IMG/VR virus record: IMGVR_UViG_3300046665_000305 | Coordinates: 1 to 64,000 of that record | Reading direction: 5' to 3' (one strand) | Origin: an uncultured virus (IMG/VR IMGVR_UViG_3300046665_000305) | Taxonomy: Duplodnaviria > Heunggongvirae > Uroviricota > Caudoviricetes | Length of the DNA stretch: 64,000 nt | Shown here: piece after piece, positions 30,677-40,978 of the stretch | Layout of the letters: each line of letters opens with the position of its first letter | Numbering within the stretch: the first letter of the stretch is position 1 | The notes under the pieces: generated by a model | The model's database searches: none | Told to the model about the DNA's origin: nothing | The model's input: only the letters and a program-made list of their open reading frames with translations | Made by a program: the position numbers and the translations under genes

Positions 30677-30893
30677 TGATTAATTCAAACCTTCCATCTG
30701 CAAATTCACTATCTTTTCTAACATACATTTCGTCAGAGTCAATATCTCGATAAACAAAAACTCTATCGTCATCTTTAAGTGCATCAGCGGTTTGGACCGT
30801 GGCAAAACCTATGATTTCGTAATAAGAGCCTCGGACTTTATGTCTTACTCTGTCACGAGGGGTTTGGCCCATCTTCCATGCCGCAAAAGCCAT
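30666..30893 (-). CDS. DUF1653-like small SH3-fold protein
   Basis: RHK..G..Y.IIG.A...VYR.....YVR...EF.DGRF; start uncertain. Confidence 0.6.
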   Translation of the reverse strand: MAFAAWKMGQTPRDRVRHKVRGSYYEIIGFATVQTADALKDDDRVFVYRDIDSDEMYVRKDSEFADGRFELINAK

Positions 30894-31374
30894 GAAACAT
30901 GTAATATTGACGCCAACACTAAGTAGTAATGGGAATAGGTAAGACAACTTTGACACCTTTATCGACGCGTTTAAATTCTTCAAATCCTAGTGCAATCACT
31001 TCAGGAAAAGATGTTTCGCGCCATGTATCCCACTTCTTTCCGAATCTGGTATGGCGCTTAAATTCTCTAACAAAAGTCTTTCCATCTCGCCTACTTAAGG
31101 CGACTTGAATACTATGTTTCTCGTCGCCAGCTTGATAAACTACAACAGCTTTAGTCATCGGAAGGAAACAACTCCCCATATTTACTGAGGCAAGAGTCGA
31201 TTGCTTCTTGCTCTGTTAATTCTGTTCCATCAAAAATGTCATACGGAGTGCATTCGCCTTCGTAATAAAATTTAGCCTTCCAATACCATCTGCGCCAGAA
31301 AATACAGACCGCAATTTCTTGGACATAGGCTTCGCACTTACAGTTTTCAATCAAGTAATATGCAGGTTTCACGA

Positions 31375-31842
31375 TCATCCTTCCTTCTGAAGGATATTTT
31401 GATCCTTCATCTCTACGCCTTCGATATCGCCCATACTGGATTGACCTTCACCTTTGCCCATTTTACCTTTTTTATTGTTTTTCTTAATAATGGCGGCTTG
31501 GCCGTTCTTGATTTTTTTGGTAAGCTGGTTAAATATTGCCCTATTTTCAGCATTATTTGGCATGCTGACGAGACGTGGTTCCTTGACGCCTTTCTCTATG
31601 ATGAGAAGGTAGATAGACTTACCGCCGTCATAACCGCTGATCATTAGGGCTTGGTTTTCCATTTCAGCGAAATTGATTGGCACGGCATAGCCAAAGTATT
31701 TTGGAACCTGAGTGGCTACGGTCCAATAACCGAGATAAAGCATTGGAATGAAAATAGCCAGTGAGAGCTTCCAATTATATCGGAAGCCGACAAAAACTGT
31801 AACAAGTAGAAGTCCAAGAATGATGATAGATGGAATGATCAT
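31375..31842 (-). CDS. membrane protein, third gene of the MotA-like cluster
   Basis: Two N-terminal TM helices, GY, IYL...EPR. Confidence 0.65.
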   Translation of the reverse strand: MIIPSIIILGLLLVTVFVGFRYNWKLSLAIFIPMLYLGYWTVATQVPKYFGYAVPINFAEMENQALMISGYDGGKSIYLLIIEKGVKEPRLVSMPNNAENRAIFNQLTKKIKNGQAAIIKKNNKKGKMGKGEGQSSMGDIEGVEMKDQNILQKEG

Positions 31843-32423
31843 GCCTTTAGCCTCGCAAAGAGAGAAATCTGTTCATCTTCAGACTTACTAATAAAGTTGC
31901 CATCCTTGTCGATATCGAACTGTAAAATAGTGGATTCCTGTTTAACAGTTTCCAGTACAACCACTTTTTCAATAATATCTTTATAAGGATTTAGCTTGAA
32001 GACCCTGATTTTGACCGTTTCTGGTCCTTTAGTTGGTTTATCAAAAAGCATTACATTGACGGTGTAAGTGCCTGCCATGACTACTCTAATGCTGGCTACC
32101 TCTCGGCGTGTGTGATTAACAATTAGGTTGCCGCTAGGGTCAGTAAAAGTATTATTTCTGCCTAGATTATCTGTGTCTAGGGTCATGCCGCCGATTTCTC
32201 TGGTGTGATAGTAGACAATGTCGTTATTTGGATTACTCATCCAGAGATCAACATCGTTTGGACTATCATCGGTCCACGTCATTTCGACTAGGAATTGAGA
32301 CGGATCAATGATCGTTCCCTTTGATTCTTCCTTCTTCGGCGTAGAGAGAATAATTACAACGAAAAATACTGCTATAAGGCATTGAAGTACATCAATGTAT
32401 GCAATTTTGACAGGGCCTTTCAT
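31839..32423 (-). CDS. single-TM protein with MotB/ExbD-like TM Asp and a YfaP-like beta domain
   Basis: AYIDVL..L TM; W...DVDLW..P, LD.D..G, REV. Confidence 0.6.
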   Translation of the reverse strand: MKGPVKIAYIDVLQCLIAVFFVVIILSTPKKEESKGTIIDPSQFLVEMTWTDDSPNDVDLWMSNPNNDIVYYHTREIGGMTLDTDNLGRNNTFTDPSGNLIVNHTRREVASIRVVMAGTYTVNVMLFDKPTKGPETVKIRVFKLNPYKDIIEKVVVLETVKQESTILQFDIDKDGNFISKSEDEQISLFARLKA

Positions 32424-32443
32424 TAGGCTCTTCCTTTCAAAAA

Positions 32444-32851
32444 TTAAACTTCGTCATAATTATCGAAGCATAGCGCGATCTGATAATCAAGGGCAATGCT
32501 GCTGGCTAGGCCAAACAAGCCAGTGAGGAAAACTGGACCAACTTCGGTCAAGATATTCTGTCTAAAAGCCTCCATATCGTCAGCGCCCATGAACATTAGA
32601 ATAAGGCCTGTCATGGTGCCAATCAGGCCCCACATCGTAAAGCGATTTAGATGAAATCTAATTTTTTTAAAGTTGATTTTATCACCCATAATCCCTAAAT
32701 AGGCCGAACAGGTCACATAAAGTGCCAGAATTACCAGCGTGATGTGAGTCTTATCCATGGTCCAGATAAAGTTAGCTGCGTCATAAAATTGGATCAGAAA
32801 TGCCATGATGAAGAGCGAGACGCAGTTGAAGGTAAGCCATTTGTAGTTCAT
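32444..32851 (-). CDS. MotA/TolQ/ExbB-like membrane protein
   Basis: Four hydrophobic helices; GLIGTMTG and FLTGLFGL. Confidence 0.6.
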   Translation of the reverse strand: MNYKWLTFNCVSLFIMAFLIQFYDAANFIWTMDKTHITLVILALYVTCSAYLGIMGDKINFKKIRFHLNRFTMWGLIGTMTGLILMFMGADDMEAFRQNILTEVGPVFLTGLFGLASSIALDYQIALCFDNYDEV

Positions 32852-33027
32852 ATCAAAGTTCCTTGTAACGCGCCGTTGCGCTATAGACTGCGAATGCGGT
32901 GATTAGTAGTGGAACGAAGTCACGAACCGTGACATCTAAATATAAGGCGAGACCATATATTCCAAAGAAAATACCGGCACAGAATACGAGATCGATAAAG
33001 AGTAACTTAAGCCAAAGAAAAAATAAG

Positions 33028-33366
33028 CTATGTGACGGCATTTGACTTCTTTCCCGCCAGATATGCCGCTTCGGCGTGGCGTTCCACAATGTTTCTAAAT
33101 TCGGCGTTGTGGCCATATTCTTGAGGATAATAGCTGTTCCACCAAGAACAGAACGTTTGCTCATCGGCAGGAGCGGAGACGAAAAACTCAAACTCGTGTC
33201 CATTAGGATTACCAGAGTCGTCAGCCTCAATTCCCAACATGTCAGGAAAATCTTGGAAAAACTTTCCACCAACGGTGTAGATCTTTCCTACCGTAAAATT
33301 CCAGCCACCGTACCTGTGATTTGGATCGACAAAGATAACTTTGTCACCTTTTTTGTATTCAGTCAC
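33028..33366 (-). CDS. hypothetical protein
   Basis: KKGDKV...TVGKIYTV phage SH3-like motif. Confidence 0.55.
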   Translation of the reverse strand: MTEYKKGDKVIFVDPNHRYGGWNFTVGKIYTVGGKFFQDFPDMLGIEADDSGNPNGHEFEFFVSAPADEQTFCSWWNSYYPQEYGHNAEFRNIVERHAEAAYLAGKKSNAVT

Positions 33367-34375
33367 GAATGAATTCCTCTATCTCTCGTAGATCAGTGAA
33401 AAAATCGTAAACAGCTTCTACAACTTCTTTGCGCTGTTTCTTAATGTCAGTGCTTTCCACGACATGATATTTGCAGTCATATTCGTCCAGAAGGTCGATC
33501 CAGAACTGCATCTCACTTTCCCTCTTATCTCCGCCATATCTCAAAGGATCGGGCTCGAAAGGGATATTGTCATTTAACATTACATAAAGATCGCTTTTTG
33601 TCAAGTTAAATTTTTGGATAAGTTCTTCAGGCATTTTACCGCCGTAGATTTTATAATATCCAATGGTTGAAAGGAGATCAGTATCTCTTATATTAAACAA
33701 TGCAGTAGGTGCGGAAACCATGACAGCGTACTGACCACGCACAATGTTTAACATTTTTTCATCCGTGACTTCAGCGCCGACTTCTTCAAGATAAGGTCTG
33801 GCCCATTCATGAATCCAACGGCCTTCAAGCTTCGTGGCGAGCCACTTTGACATTGTGGTTTTGCCTACCGATTCTTGTCCGTAGAGGCAAACCGTTTTTG
33901 CCAATTTGCCTTGGTATTCGGGGAGGATATATTTAAAATTCTCAGCGAGATTTTGTCTCACACGCGTTCCTGTGACGCTCAGGATTTCCCTGCCAATATC
34001 GACAGGAACAAAAGTGACGCCAAGAGCTTCAGCAAATCGAGCGCCATACTTTTCAGAGGCGAAGAAATAATCAATCTTTTTGCGTTTAGTGACGGCTTTA
34101 TCTACAAGATTGGCCCAATAGTCCCAAAACTCCGTCGTGCCATCGTCATTTTGAGGCGCATCGTCGGCGTAATGCTCATGAACTGTTACATTCGTACCGG
34201 CATAATGTTTTGCTAAAACTTCGGCACGATCCAGCGTGAGACGAGGCTCAAACGATCTGATACAGACTATGACGTGGAGTCGATCAACGAATTTAGATGC
34301 AAAATCAATTAGATATTGATGACCACGAGTTGGAAGCAAGCCGCTAATTACTGTCAGTCCCGTCGTAGTTGTCAC
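33359..34375 (-). CDS. nadR: NadR-like NMN adenylyltransferase / ribosylnicotinamide kinase
   Basis: P..GH.YLI.FA, SE.YG, GQESVGKTT, EWAR.Y, DTD, D.LRYG...RE. Confidence 0.88.
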   Translation of the reverse strand: MTTTTGLTVISGLLPTRGHQYLIDFASKFVDRLHVIVCIRSFEPRLTLDRAEVLAKHYAGTNVTVHEHYADDAPQNDDGTTEFWDYWANLVDKAVTKRKKIDYFFASEKYGARFAEALGVTFVPVDIGREILSVTGTRVRQNLAENFKYILPEYQGKLAKTVCLYGQESVGKTTMSKWLATKLEGRWIHEWARPYLEEVGAEVTDEKMLNIVRGQYAVMVSAPTALFNIRDTDLLSTIGYYKIYGGKMPEELIQKFNLTKSDLYVMLNDNIPFEPDPLRYGGDKRESEMQFWIDLLDEYDCKYHVVESTDIKKQRKEVVEAVYDFFTDLREIEEFIRD

Positions 34376-34793
34376 CCAAAATCTCCTTTAATAAGCTCTC
34401 AGCAATCTCGCCTAGCCGATCTTCAACTGGAACAAAATCATCCTGACTCATCGTACCATATGACCAAGCTTCCCAAACTCGGATGCAGTCATACGCGCCA
34501 TATAGCTCTGGTCCTAAAACTTTAATAATCTTTTCGCGTAGCTCAGACTCATTCATATTTGTGATCTACTTCTTTTAAAATTTGTGCCACGGTTTCAAGA
34601 TTATTGGCCCAAGACATTCCGTCAATATCGATGATATAAGCAGTTCGATTCAGACTATCACCCATTTCAACTGAATACGCAATATCGAAATCAATATCTT
34701 CCTCAAGTAAAAGTTTAATAGCTTTAACGGCTTGTTCTTTGGTGAAGAATCTGGCCCTCAAATCCCAATGGCAAATCGATGCTTTACCAGCGC

Positions 34794-35294
34794 TCATTCA
34801 GGGTACTCCGACAGTGGGCGAAACGGAGTGTCATCGCCGCCTTCGATCACGGTGAGGAGATATGTCCCAATCATTTGAGGAGTGATGTTTATTTCGCTGC
34901 TTTCAACGCCTGTTTCAAAGGCATAATGTCTATCAGCATCATTGGCACCAGCTAATGAAGAAAAGTTAAGACCATTAATAACTAAATCCTCGCCTTCAGT
35001 CATGCCATCACTGTCCCACAGTCCGACAAGCTCTACCAATTCAGAAGGAGCGGAATATGCTGCGTCCTCATCTCCATATTCGAAACACGCATTATCCAGT
35101 CCATTAACTATGTTGCGGCGCGGCACGCCTAAGCAATACGCGCCATGACCTAAGCAGCATCTAGCACCGTCGCCTTTATCAAGAACACTAATAGCTTTCT
35201 TCCTCTTTTTATTTAGAAGGAAATTGGCCCACTTGATTCGATTCGCTTTAACTTCGTCTCTTGTCATAAAATTTAAACTCCTTCCACGGCCCAT
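34794..35294 (-). CDS. hypothetical protein, CCLG family (paralog of 28879..29220)
   Basis: KW..FL ... CCLG ... AND. Confidence 0.6.
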   Translation of the reverse strand: MGRGRSLNFMTRDEVKANRIKWANFLLNKKRKKAISVLDKGDGARCCLGHGAYCLGVPRRNIVNGLDNACFEYGDEDAAYSAPSELVELVGLWDSDGMTEGEDLVINGLNFSSLAGANDADRHYAFETGVESSEINITPQMIGTYLLTVIEGGDDTPFRPLSEYPE

Positions 35295-35730
35295 CGAGCC
35301 AATACATTCGCAATATCGCCTTCCGTAACTCTGACATAATTATGCCACCAAGTCACGAAGCCTGTGTTTTTATCAACGTCAACGGAAATTACATCTTCAC
35401 CGGAATTCACATCAGCGCTGAACTTGGGAGATGATAGGGCAACATTCAGGAGATGCGCCGTGGTCCATTTTTTATTCAAACGCATGACATTCCTCCTTTT
35501 AAAAAAGATTTCCGCATGTGACTGGTTTTGAAATTCTATCGGTCGTGGCGCTAGTAATTGCTAGACCGGCGAAGAAGGGCCACACAATCCCTGCCATGAC
35601 CGGCCCGTATGAAAACTTTTCTGACGGGCAAGCTTCTCTATAAATTCTGTCATATCCGGCCCACGTCCCAAAAGCGATAAGGCCATAAATTATTAGAAAT
35701 TTCATAACACCCTCCTTTGTTCTAGATAGA

Positions 35731-35759
35731 AGTGTAGCCCCGTTAGGGGCTACTGTCAA
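35731..35759 (-). promoter_or_regulatory. promoter whose spacer forms a hairpin
   Basis: TTGACA-N17-TACACT with GTAGCCCC-N4-GGGGCTAC. Confidence 0.65.
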
Positions 35760-35763
35760 TCAT

Positions 35764-36411
35764 TTAGTTGAAGACTTCTTCAGATTTACGCCACTCAAAG
35801 TGACCATAAAGTGTATTTCCGAGGAAGTAAATGTACTGGATCACCACGAAATAAGCTTCCTGCTTGAAGTATAGGTAGATCGACAAGACATTGAGGACAA
35901 AGAATACGGCCCACGATGTGCGATGCTTATTGTCGAGCATGGCTTGAGCCACGGCATAGACTACAGCTGTCGTAACATCTACCCAAGTCTGCTCGTAGCC
36001 GAAATATCCATTGACGATGGTCAGGATCAAATAAGTGGCAAGCCCGATTCCGACATATCCGAGCCACCAAGCCGCATTCGGATTAGTAACGGGGCGGGTC
36101 ACGTCATCGCTGCGCCAGCGGAACCAGCCATAAATCAGGTTGATCGATAGGAGGATGTTGAACAGGCCGACCGCAGGTAGATCGGCTCTGTAAGACAAAA
36201 TGGCATAAAGAATGGTGGAAACCGCGCCGAGCGGGTAATTCCATCTCGTTTGGAACACGCACATCAGAGTGCAGACATAACTGGTCCAAATTGCAAAGAA
36301 TTCGACATAGTTAAAATTATGCACATCAACGAGACCAAGTGCCGCGCCCATTACATAAGTGATAATGGTAAGGTTTGTGCCCCAACCCAAGCTAGCCCAA
36401 TATTTATTCAT
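35764..36411 (-). CDS. pnuC: nicotinamide riboside transporter PnuC
   Basis: Multi-TM; WNYP.G, YGW..W, D..T, AQ.ML..K...SW, YG...W. Confidence 0.88.
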   Translation of the reverse strand: MNKYWASLGWGTNLTIITYVMGAALGLVDVHNFNYVEFFAIWTSYVCTLMCVFQTRWNYPLGAVSTILYAILSYRADLPAVGLFNILLSINLIYGWFRWRSDDVTRPVTNPNAAWWLGYVGIGLATYLILTIVNGYFGYEQTWVDVTTAVVYAVAQAMLDNKHRTSWAVFFVLNVLSIYLYFKQEAYFVVIQYIYFLGNTLYGHFEWRKSEEVFN

Positions 36412-36719
36412 CTAAATCTCCTTTGCGGTTTACTTTTTCATTCTGTCTCTTATCTCAACCAATAAATAGACAATGATGCTTAGTAAAATGATTGTGAGCA
36501 CGTGTCAATCCTCTCGCTCAACTAATTTTCCTACCACAACCGCTGTATCTTGAATTGACTTCAATTTAAGTTCCGCGTCGGTCCACGTCTTGGCCCACAG
36601 GTCGGTCACAAATTTCCTGCCGTCGTGAAAATACTCAATGGTGTAGCAAAATTCTTCCGTCTCTTTGTTATAAAGTTTAGGATTAGTTTCAACTTTGGCT
36701 TTAAAAAGATTAAAATCAA

Positions 36720-37289
36720 TTACTGACATTTTCGTTTTCCATGGTTTTCGTGATAGCCATACTCGATTTCTGCTTTAGCTCTGGATTCAGCTGCTTCTTC
36801 TTTAGTTAGAAAATAACCTAAAAATTTGCGTTTGCCGTCTCCTGTTGAAATACGTGCTACCCATTGTTTAGGAGGGGAGGCAGAAGGCCAAAAATCTACA
36901 CCTATAATTCCGCTTTTGTTATTTCTGGCTAAAGATTTATTTTGGTCATTTTCAATTTTAGTCACATCTCGTAGATTTTCAATTCGATTATCCCAAGGTT
37001 TCCCATTGATGTGATCAATGATTCCATTCGGCCATGAACCATAAACATAGAGCCAAGCAATATTATGCGCTCTATACCCTTTTGTGAAAATGGTCCCAAG
37101 TTTGTAACCATCTTTATCATTTGAAGTAAAAGCCCTAGCATAGGCATAACGACTGTTCCAACTAGCTGATCCCGGTCCAGTTGGGTTGTCAAACCATTTT
37201 TTGTCTCTGAATTTCCAATAAAAATGGCCAGTATGAGGTTCGTAATGTATCAGTTCTTTTAGGATATCTTGAGTTAATTCTATTTTCAT
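36720..37289 (-). CDS. HNH homing endonuclease with C-terminal AP2-like domain
   Basis: Y.P.TG.F.W, AH.IAW.Y..G.WP...IDHING...DNRIENLR, N.SG..GV, LG.F...EEA. Confidence 0.9.
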   Translation of the reverse strand: MKIELTQDILKELIHYEPHTGHFYWKFRDKKWFDNPTGPGSASWNSRYAYARAFTSNDKDGYKLGTIFTKGYRAHNIAWLYVYGSWPNGIIDHINGKPWDNRIENLRDVTKIENDQNKSLARNNKSGIIGVDFWPSASPPKQWVARISTGDGKRKFLGYFLTKEEAAESRAKAEIEYGYHENHGKRKCQ

Positions 37290-37948
37290 AGTTCCAAATC
37301 TATATAACTAAGTTCGTTTAAGCAAATAAATCTAGTGCCATCAATGACTTGATCGATATCGACGTGCCAATGACCGAATAAAAATATTTCTGGTCTGTGA
37401 ATTTCCAGCATTCCTTGAAGGGCCTGCCTAGTCCGCGACGGTCTTAAGATTTTATTTTTGTTGTGACCTTTCATGATCGTGTCCGCGATGCTTTCGGGGC
37501 ACTCGTGGCAAATCATGACGCGAGGCCTGACCATGTCGTACACGTCTACAAAATGATTCAGCTGAGCCAGCGAGCATTCTTCATCGGCCCACCACGACAA
37601 GCCCTCAGTTCTGAGATGGATATCGATAGACAGAGCGCCACCGATATACATTACATCATTTTCGACCGTGCCATCTGGAATCCACTGAGATTGATTACGA
37701 CACACGTTAGGGTTATCGTGGTTTCCACGTATGTATCGACAGTTGCGTTTCACCATTGCATCATGAGGAGGATTGGCTGCGTGCCTAAGTTCGCGGCCCG
37801 CGTCATAATATCTGAATCCGACACCCATATCGCCCACACAAATAGACCTAGATGCGTTTCTGATGATATTTTTGAAACGTCTATATTTGCCATGACAATC
37901 GCCAATGACGCGGGTCAGCTGCCTAGCCATAATATGGCACCCTGACAA
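37286..37948 (-). CDS. metallophosphoesterase
   Basis: GDCHG, VGD.G, RGNHD, GGA.SID, H.CP, FGHWH. Confidence 0.88.
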   Translation of the reverse strand: MSGCHIMARQLTRVIGDCHGKYRRFKNIIRNASRSICVGDMGVGFRYYDAGRELRHAANPPHDAMVKRNCRYIRGNHDNPNVCRNQSQWIPDGTVENDVMYIGGALSIDIHLRTEGLSWWADEECSLAQLNHFVDVYDMVRPRVMICHECPESIADTIMKGHNKNKILRPSRTRQALQGMLEIHRPEIFLFGHWHVDIDQVIDGTRFICLNELSYIDLEL

Positions 37949-38339
37949 TGTCGAGTAGTTCTACGCGCTCGCCTGTGGCAATGTCGTAAGGTTCTTCGTC
38001 ATAAGCTTTCTGCGCCTCTTCACGGCTGAAATAAAGCCCATCATTGAAATCAACGCCGTCGCGGAATCGGCAAACAATGAGCCATGTTTCAGCTAAAGGT
38101 GTCTGTTCCACTTCTGGCTCGATTTCTTTGACAAAAACCCAAGCTTCAAGAAAATCTTCTACCGAACCGCCCCAAATCCAACTATCTCCAAGTCTGGTAT
38201 ATTTATCCGTTGGATCATAGCCGCCAGTCATTGTAAGGCGAATCACGCCATCTTCATCCACCGAAGCCGTTGCATGAAGTACGCCGTTCCAAAGCCATTC
38301 ACAATTATTTCTAATAGTCATAAAATGTTATCCTTTAAA

Positions 38340-38382
38340 TAAAAAGACCCTCTCCCTGCTAACAGCTGCAAAGGAGAGGGGG
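38340..38382 (-). terminator. intrinsic terminator
   Basis: CCCTCTCC...GGAGAGGG stem followed by TCTTTTT on the minus strand. Confidence 0.55.
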
Positions 38383-38647
38383 ATTTCTGGTATTTTAGTG
38401 ATGCATGCCAGTGGGTACAAAATCTCCATCTGCGAAGCATTGAGCCATTGAGATAGGCATTCCCATATGACCGTTATACATAAGCCTGATTTCGCCAACG
38501 ATGTTGAATAGGCTTATGTGTCTTTTTTCTAGCTCCGCGCTTAGTTGTCCGTCTTCGTCATAGTCAATGACAGTGTTACCATTTACGTCGTCTGTTTTTC
38601 TATAGGTCACAAATGCAGTAAAGCGAGCCATTCTCAGAAATCCCCCG

Positions 38648-38956
38648 TTAATCTAGGCCAAGGTCTTGTTTTATGGCGCGAGAAATTCGCGACATAATAG
38701 TGTGTACACGATCTACATCATTCTTCTCAAGTAGTTGAATCTCACTATTGACATGCCAGTCTATCGGTGATTCGTTCAAACTCTGAGCATAAACAAGTAC
38801 ATCACGCTTTTGCTTGAAAGGAGCGATGATCCACATCGCCTTTAATCCTGATTGTATGTGATAATTATACCACAATCCATCGTCTGGATTTTTGACTAGG
38901 GCGAAATGCCCTTCTTGGTAGGCCGGGAGGTTTTTGAAAAAGAATTTTGTAGCCAA
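38648..38956 (-). CDS. hypothetical protein
   Basis: TTG start with a strong SD (AAGGAGG). Confidence 0.6.
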   Translation of the reverse strand: MATKFFFKNLPAYQEGHFALVKNPDDGLWYNYHIQSGLKAMWIIAPFKQKRDVLVYAQSLNESPIDWHVNSEIQLLEKNDVDRVHTIMSRISRAIKQDLGLD

Positions 38957-38960
38957 AGAA

Positions 38961-39017
38961 AAACCTCCTTATTTTGCAATAAGGAGGTTTAATAGCAGAA
39001 CGTATCGTGAATGTCAA
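38961..39017 (-). promoter_or_regulatory. promoter plus SD-sequestering 13-bp hairpin
   Basis: TTGACA-N17-TATTAA; AAACCTCCTTATT-N4-AATAAGGAGGTTT. Confidence 0.7.
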
Positions 39018-39025
39018 TAGAAATG

Positions 39026-39439
39026 TTACAGTTTGGGAACCAGAATCACTTCTTCGTTGATGATCGAGTTGATGATCGAAGGGTGTGTTTTGGCGAATTC
39101 CATGACCTTATCCTCCAAGGTATTCGTTTTCACCCTGATCTGGCGATCTTCTACTGCATTTTCCTTGACAGCAGAGGCGGACGTGGTGTTACGTGCCATT
39201 TCCTGCTTCATCTTTTCTTCGCGAGCCCTCGCACCGGCCTGAACAATCTTCTGCCGGATTTCACCAAGAGAACCACGTCCCATGCGATTGATCGACAGAA
39301 GTTCGTCATCCTTCATGCTATCGAGATCGGCAAGCGTCTTGTCCAGAAAGCCGCCATTCTTCAGTGCAGCGGCGGCACGGCCACCCCAAGCAATTTCGTT
39401 AACCTTGATCGTTGCGAGTTCGTTATTAACATTAGCCAT
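39026..39439 (-). CDS. RNA polymerase alpha-subunit C-terminal domain-like protein
   Basis: GRAAAALKNGG..TLADL...DDELLSINRMGRGSLGEIRQ resembles RpoA CTD (R..N.LK...I.DL....ELL...N.G.KSL.EI); SD GGAG before ATG at 39439. Confidence 0.7.
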   Translation of the reverse strand: MANVNNELATIKVNEIAWGGRAAAALKNGGFLDKTLADLDSMKDDELLSINRMGRGSLGEIRQKIVQAGARAREEKMKQEMARNTTSASAVKENAVEDRQIRVKTNTLEDKVMEFAKTHPSIINSIINEEVILVPKL

Positions 39440-39611
39440 GACATTTCTCCTGTTTCGTTTCCGTTGTTTGTGACACCGCCCCTTGCGTTTGTCTGACGGA
39501 ATAATGGATAACATAAAGAAATGTTCCGTGAAAAGTAACCTCTTTTGATTACTTTTTTATAAGCCATTGAAAATGCTTGGATTTATTTTCGACAGATATC
39601 TGGAACTTCGC

Positions 39612-39881
39612 CTAATCAGCCTTGTTTTGGTCGTAAACCAGCTCGATTACATCATTTAAGGAACCGCTAACGAAGCTTGGTTGCGCACCTTGACCCATCA
39701 AACTTTGCCACACGCAACGCGTCCTGACTATTTCTTCTATCTCTACATCTGACAAATACCAACAAGAAATGTAGTAATTATCGACGTGATGGACCGGCAT
39801 GCTTCGAACCTCTTCCTCAGTCATACCTTTCGGCGGGCCAAGAGTTAGATTCGCACCGGGAAAATCAACAGGAACTGCCAC
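39612..39881 (-). CDS. conserved phage hypothetical protein
   Basis: P..F..AN..L.PP, SCW.LS..E..EI. Confidence 0.6.
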   Translation of the reverse strand: MAVPVDFPGANLTLGPPKGMTEEEVRSMPVHHVDNYYISCWYLSDVEIEEIVRTRCVWQSLMGQGAQPSFVSGSLNDVIELVYDQNKAD

Positions 39882-40153
39882 GCAACACTCTCCATATAGT
39901 GATAAAAATATTAGGGATACCCTTCCTTCCGGGAGGGCATGGTTTTGGTCTACTATTCGTCATTGTTAGGGGAACCTCAAATGATGGCCGGGGATGATAG
40001 CGCCTAGCTTCTTGTCTGAACCAAACGCGTCAGCCGCGACTCGATATGCCGTTGGTATGTCGTCCGCTTCGCATTGGAAAACGGCAGTGGCGCGAAACGT
40101 TTTGCCAGCGTCGTCTTGAGCTTGATAGTGAACCTGTATCGACCACTTAGCCA

Positions 40154-40978
40154 TTACAAGCCTTCGCCATCTTCGTAATCGCCATCTTCGGCATCGATCT
40201 TGAGCCGCTTCTCTGCCGCGATTTCAATCATCACATCAGCCAATTCGAGATAGGTCTCATAGTTGTCGTACTGGCCACCATAATTCGAAGGCCTGTAGTG
40301 TTTCCACATCTGATCCATATTGGTCTCAAAAATGAATTGCTTATAAAGCTCATGGGCGAGCCCTAGGCTCACGGCATGATCCAGAGGTTCGTAGGATTTA
40401 GCAGCGGTGATTTTATTAAAAATTTTCCAACCAATCTTGCTATGAGTCCAGCCAAAGGCGTGAGAATTCTCTAGATACATATGGAACATGTGATGTTTGA
40501 CAGGATTGTCAGGGAGTTCGGATTCCGTCATCTTCTTAGCGTCTTCGAACGCGTCAATGAAATAAGATGGACCTTGTTCGAAGATTTCGCGCCGATAGTT
40601 GAACAGGTCGCCAGAATCGATCACTTTAGAGCTAAATTTCTCGTAGACCTGTGGATGAATAAGGAATAGAGTATCAGCTATGCTATACTTCGCGCCAAGG
40701 TCATCCGTATCAATGGTCCTATCTTCTCCATCATTTTCAATCTTGAGGCCGAGGAATTCATTGAGAGGATTAGGCTTGAAATCTTCCGCCACTGAGCCAT
40801 AGTCATAATATGACGTTAGCTGTGGGAAAGAAATGGGTTGCCATTCCTGATCCGGGTTGAAAACTATAGCGCCGGTACGATACACATGCTTCTGGCGTTC
40901 CAACCGTGTCACGTAACACGGCTCGCCCCATCCAATCGTCATACCAGTGATACCGCAAACTTTATTAAAACTTCCCAT
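40154..40978 (-). CDS. hypothetical protein
   Basis: MG.FN..C..T, YDYG, GGQ. Confidence 0.65.
   Translation of the reverse strand: MGSFNKVCGITGMTIGWGEPCYVTRLERQKHVYRTGAIVFNPDQEWQPISFPQLTSYYDYGSVAEDFKPNPLNEFLGLKIENDGEDRTIDTDDLGAKYSIADTLFLIHPQVYEKFSSKVIDSGDLFNYRREIFEQGPSYFIDAFEDAKKMTESELPDNPVKHHMFHMYLENSHAFGWTHSKIGWKIFNKITAAKSYEPLDHAVSLGLAHELYKQFIFETNMDQMWKHYRPSNYGGQYDNYETYLELADVMIEIAAEKRLKIDAEDGDYEDGEGL

Noticed and set aside
36720..37289. HNH gene as part of a self-splicing intron
   Set aside because: It overlaps the stop and start of intact neighbours with no flanking non-coding intron core, so it looks free-standing
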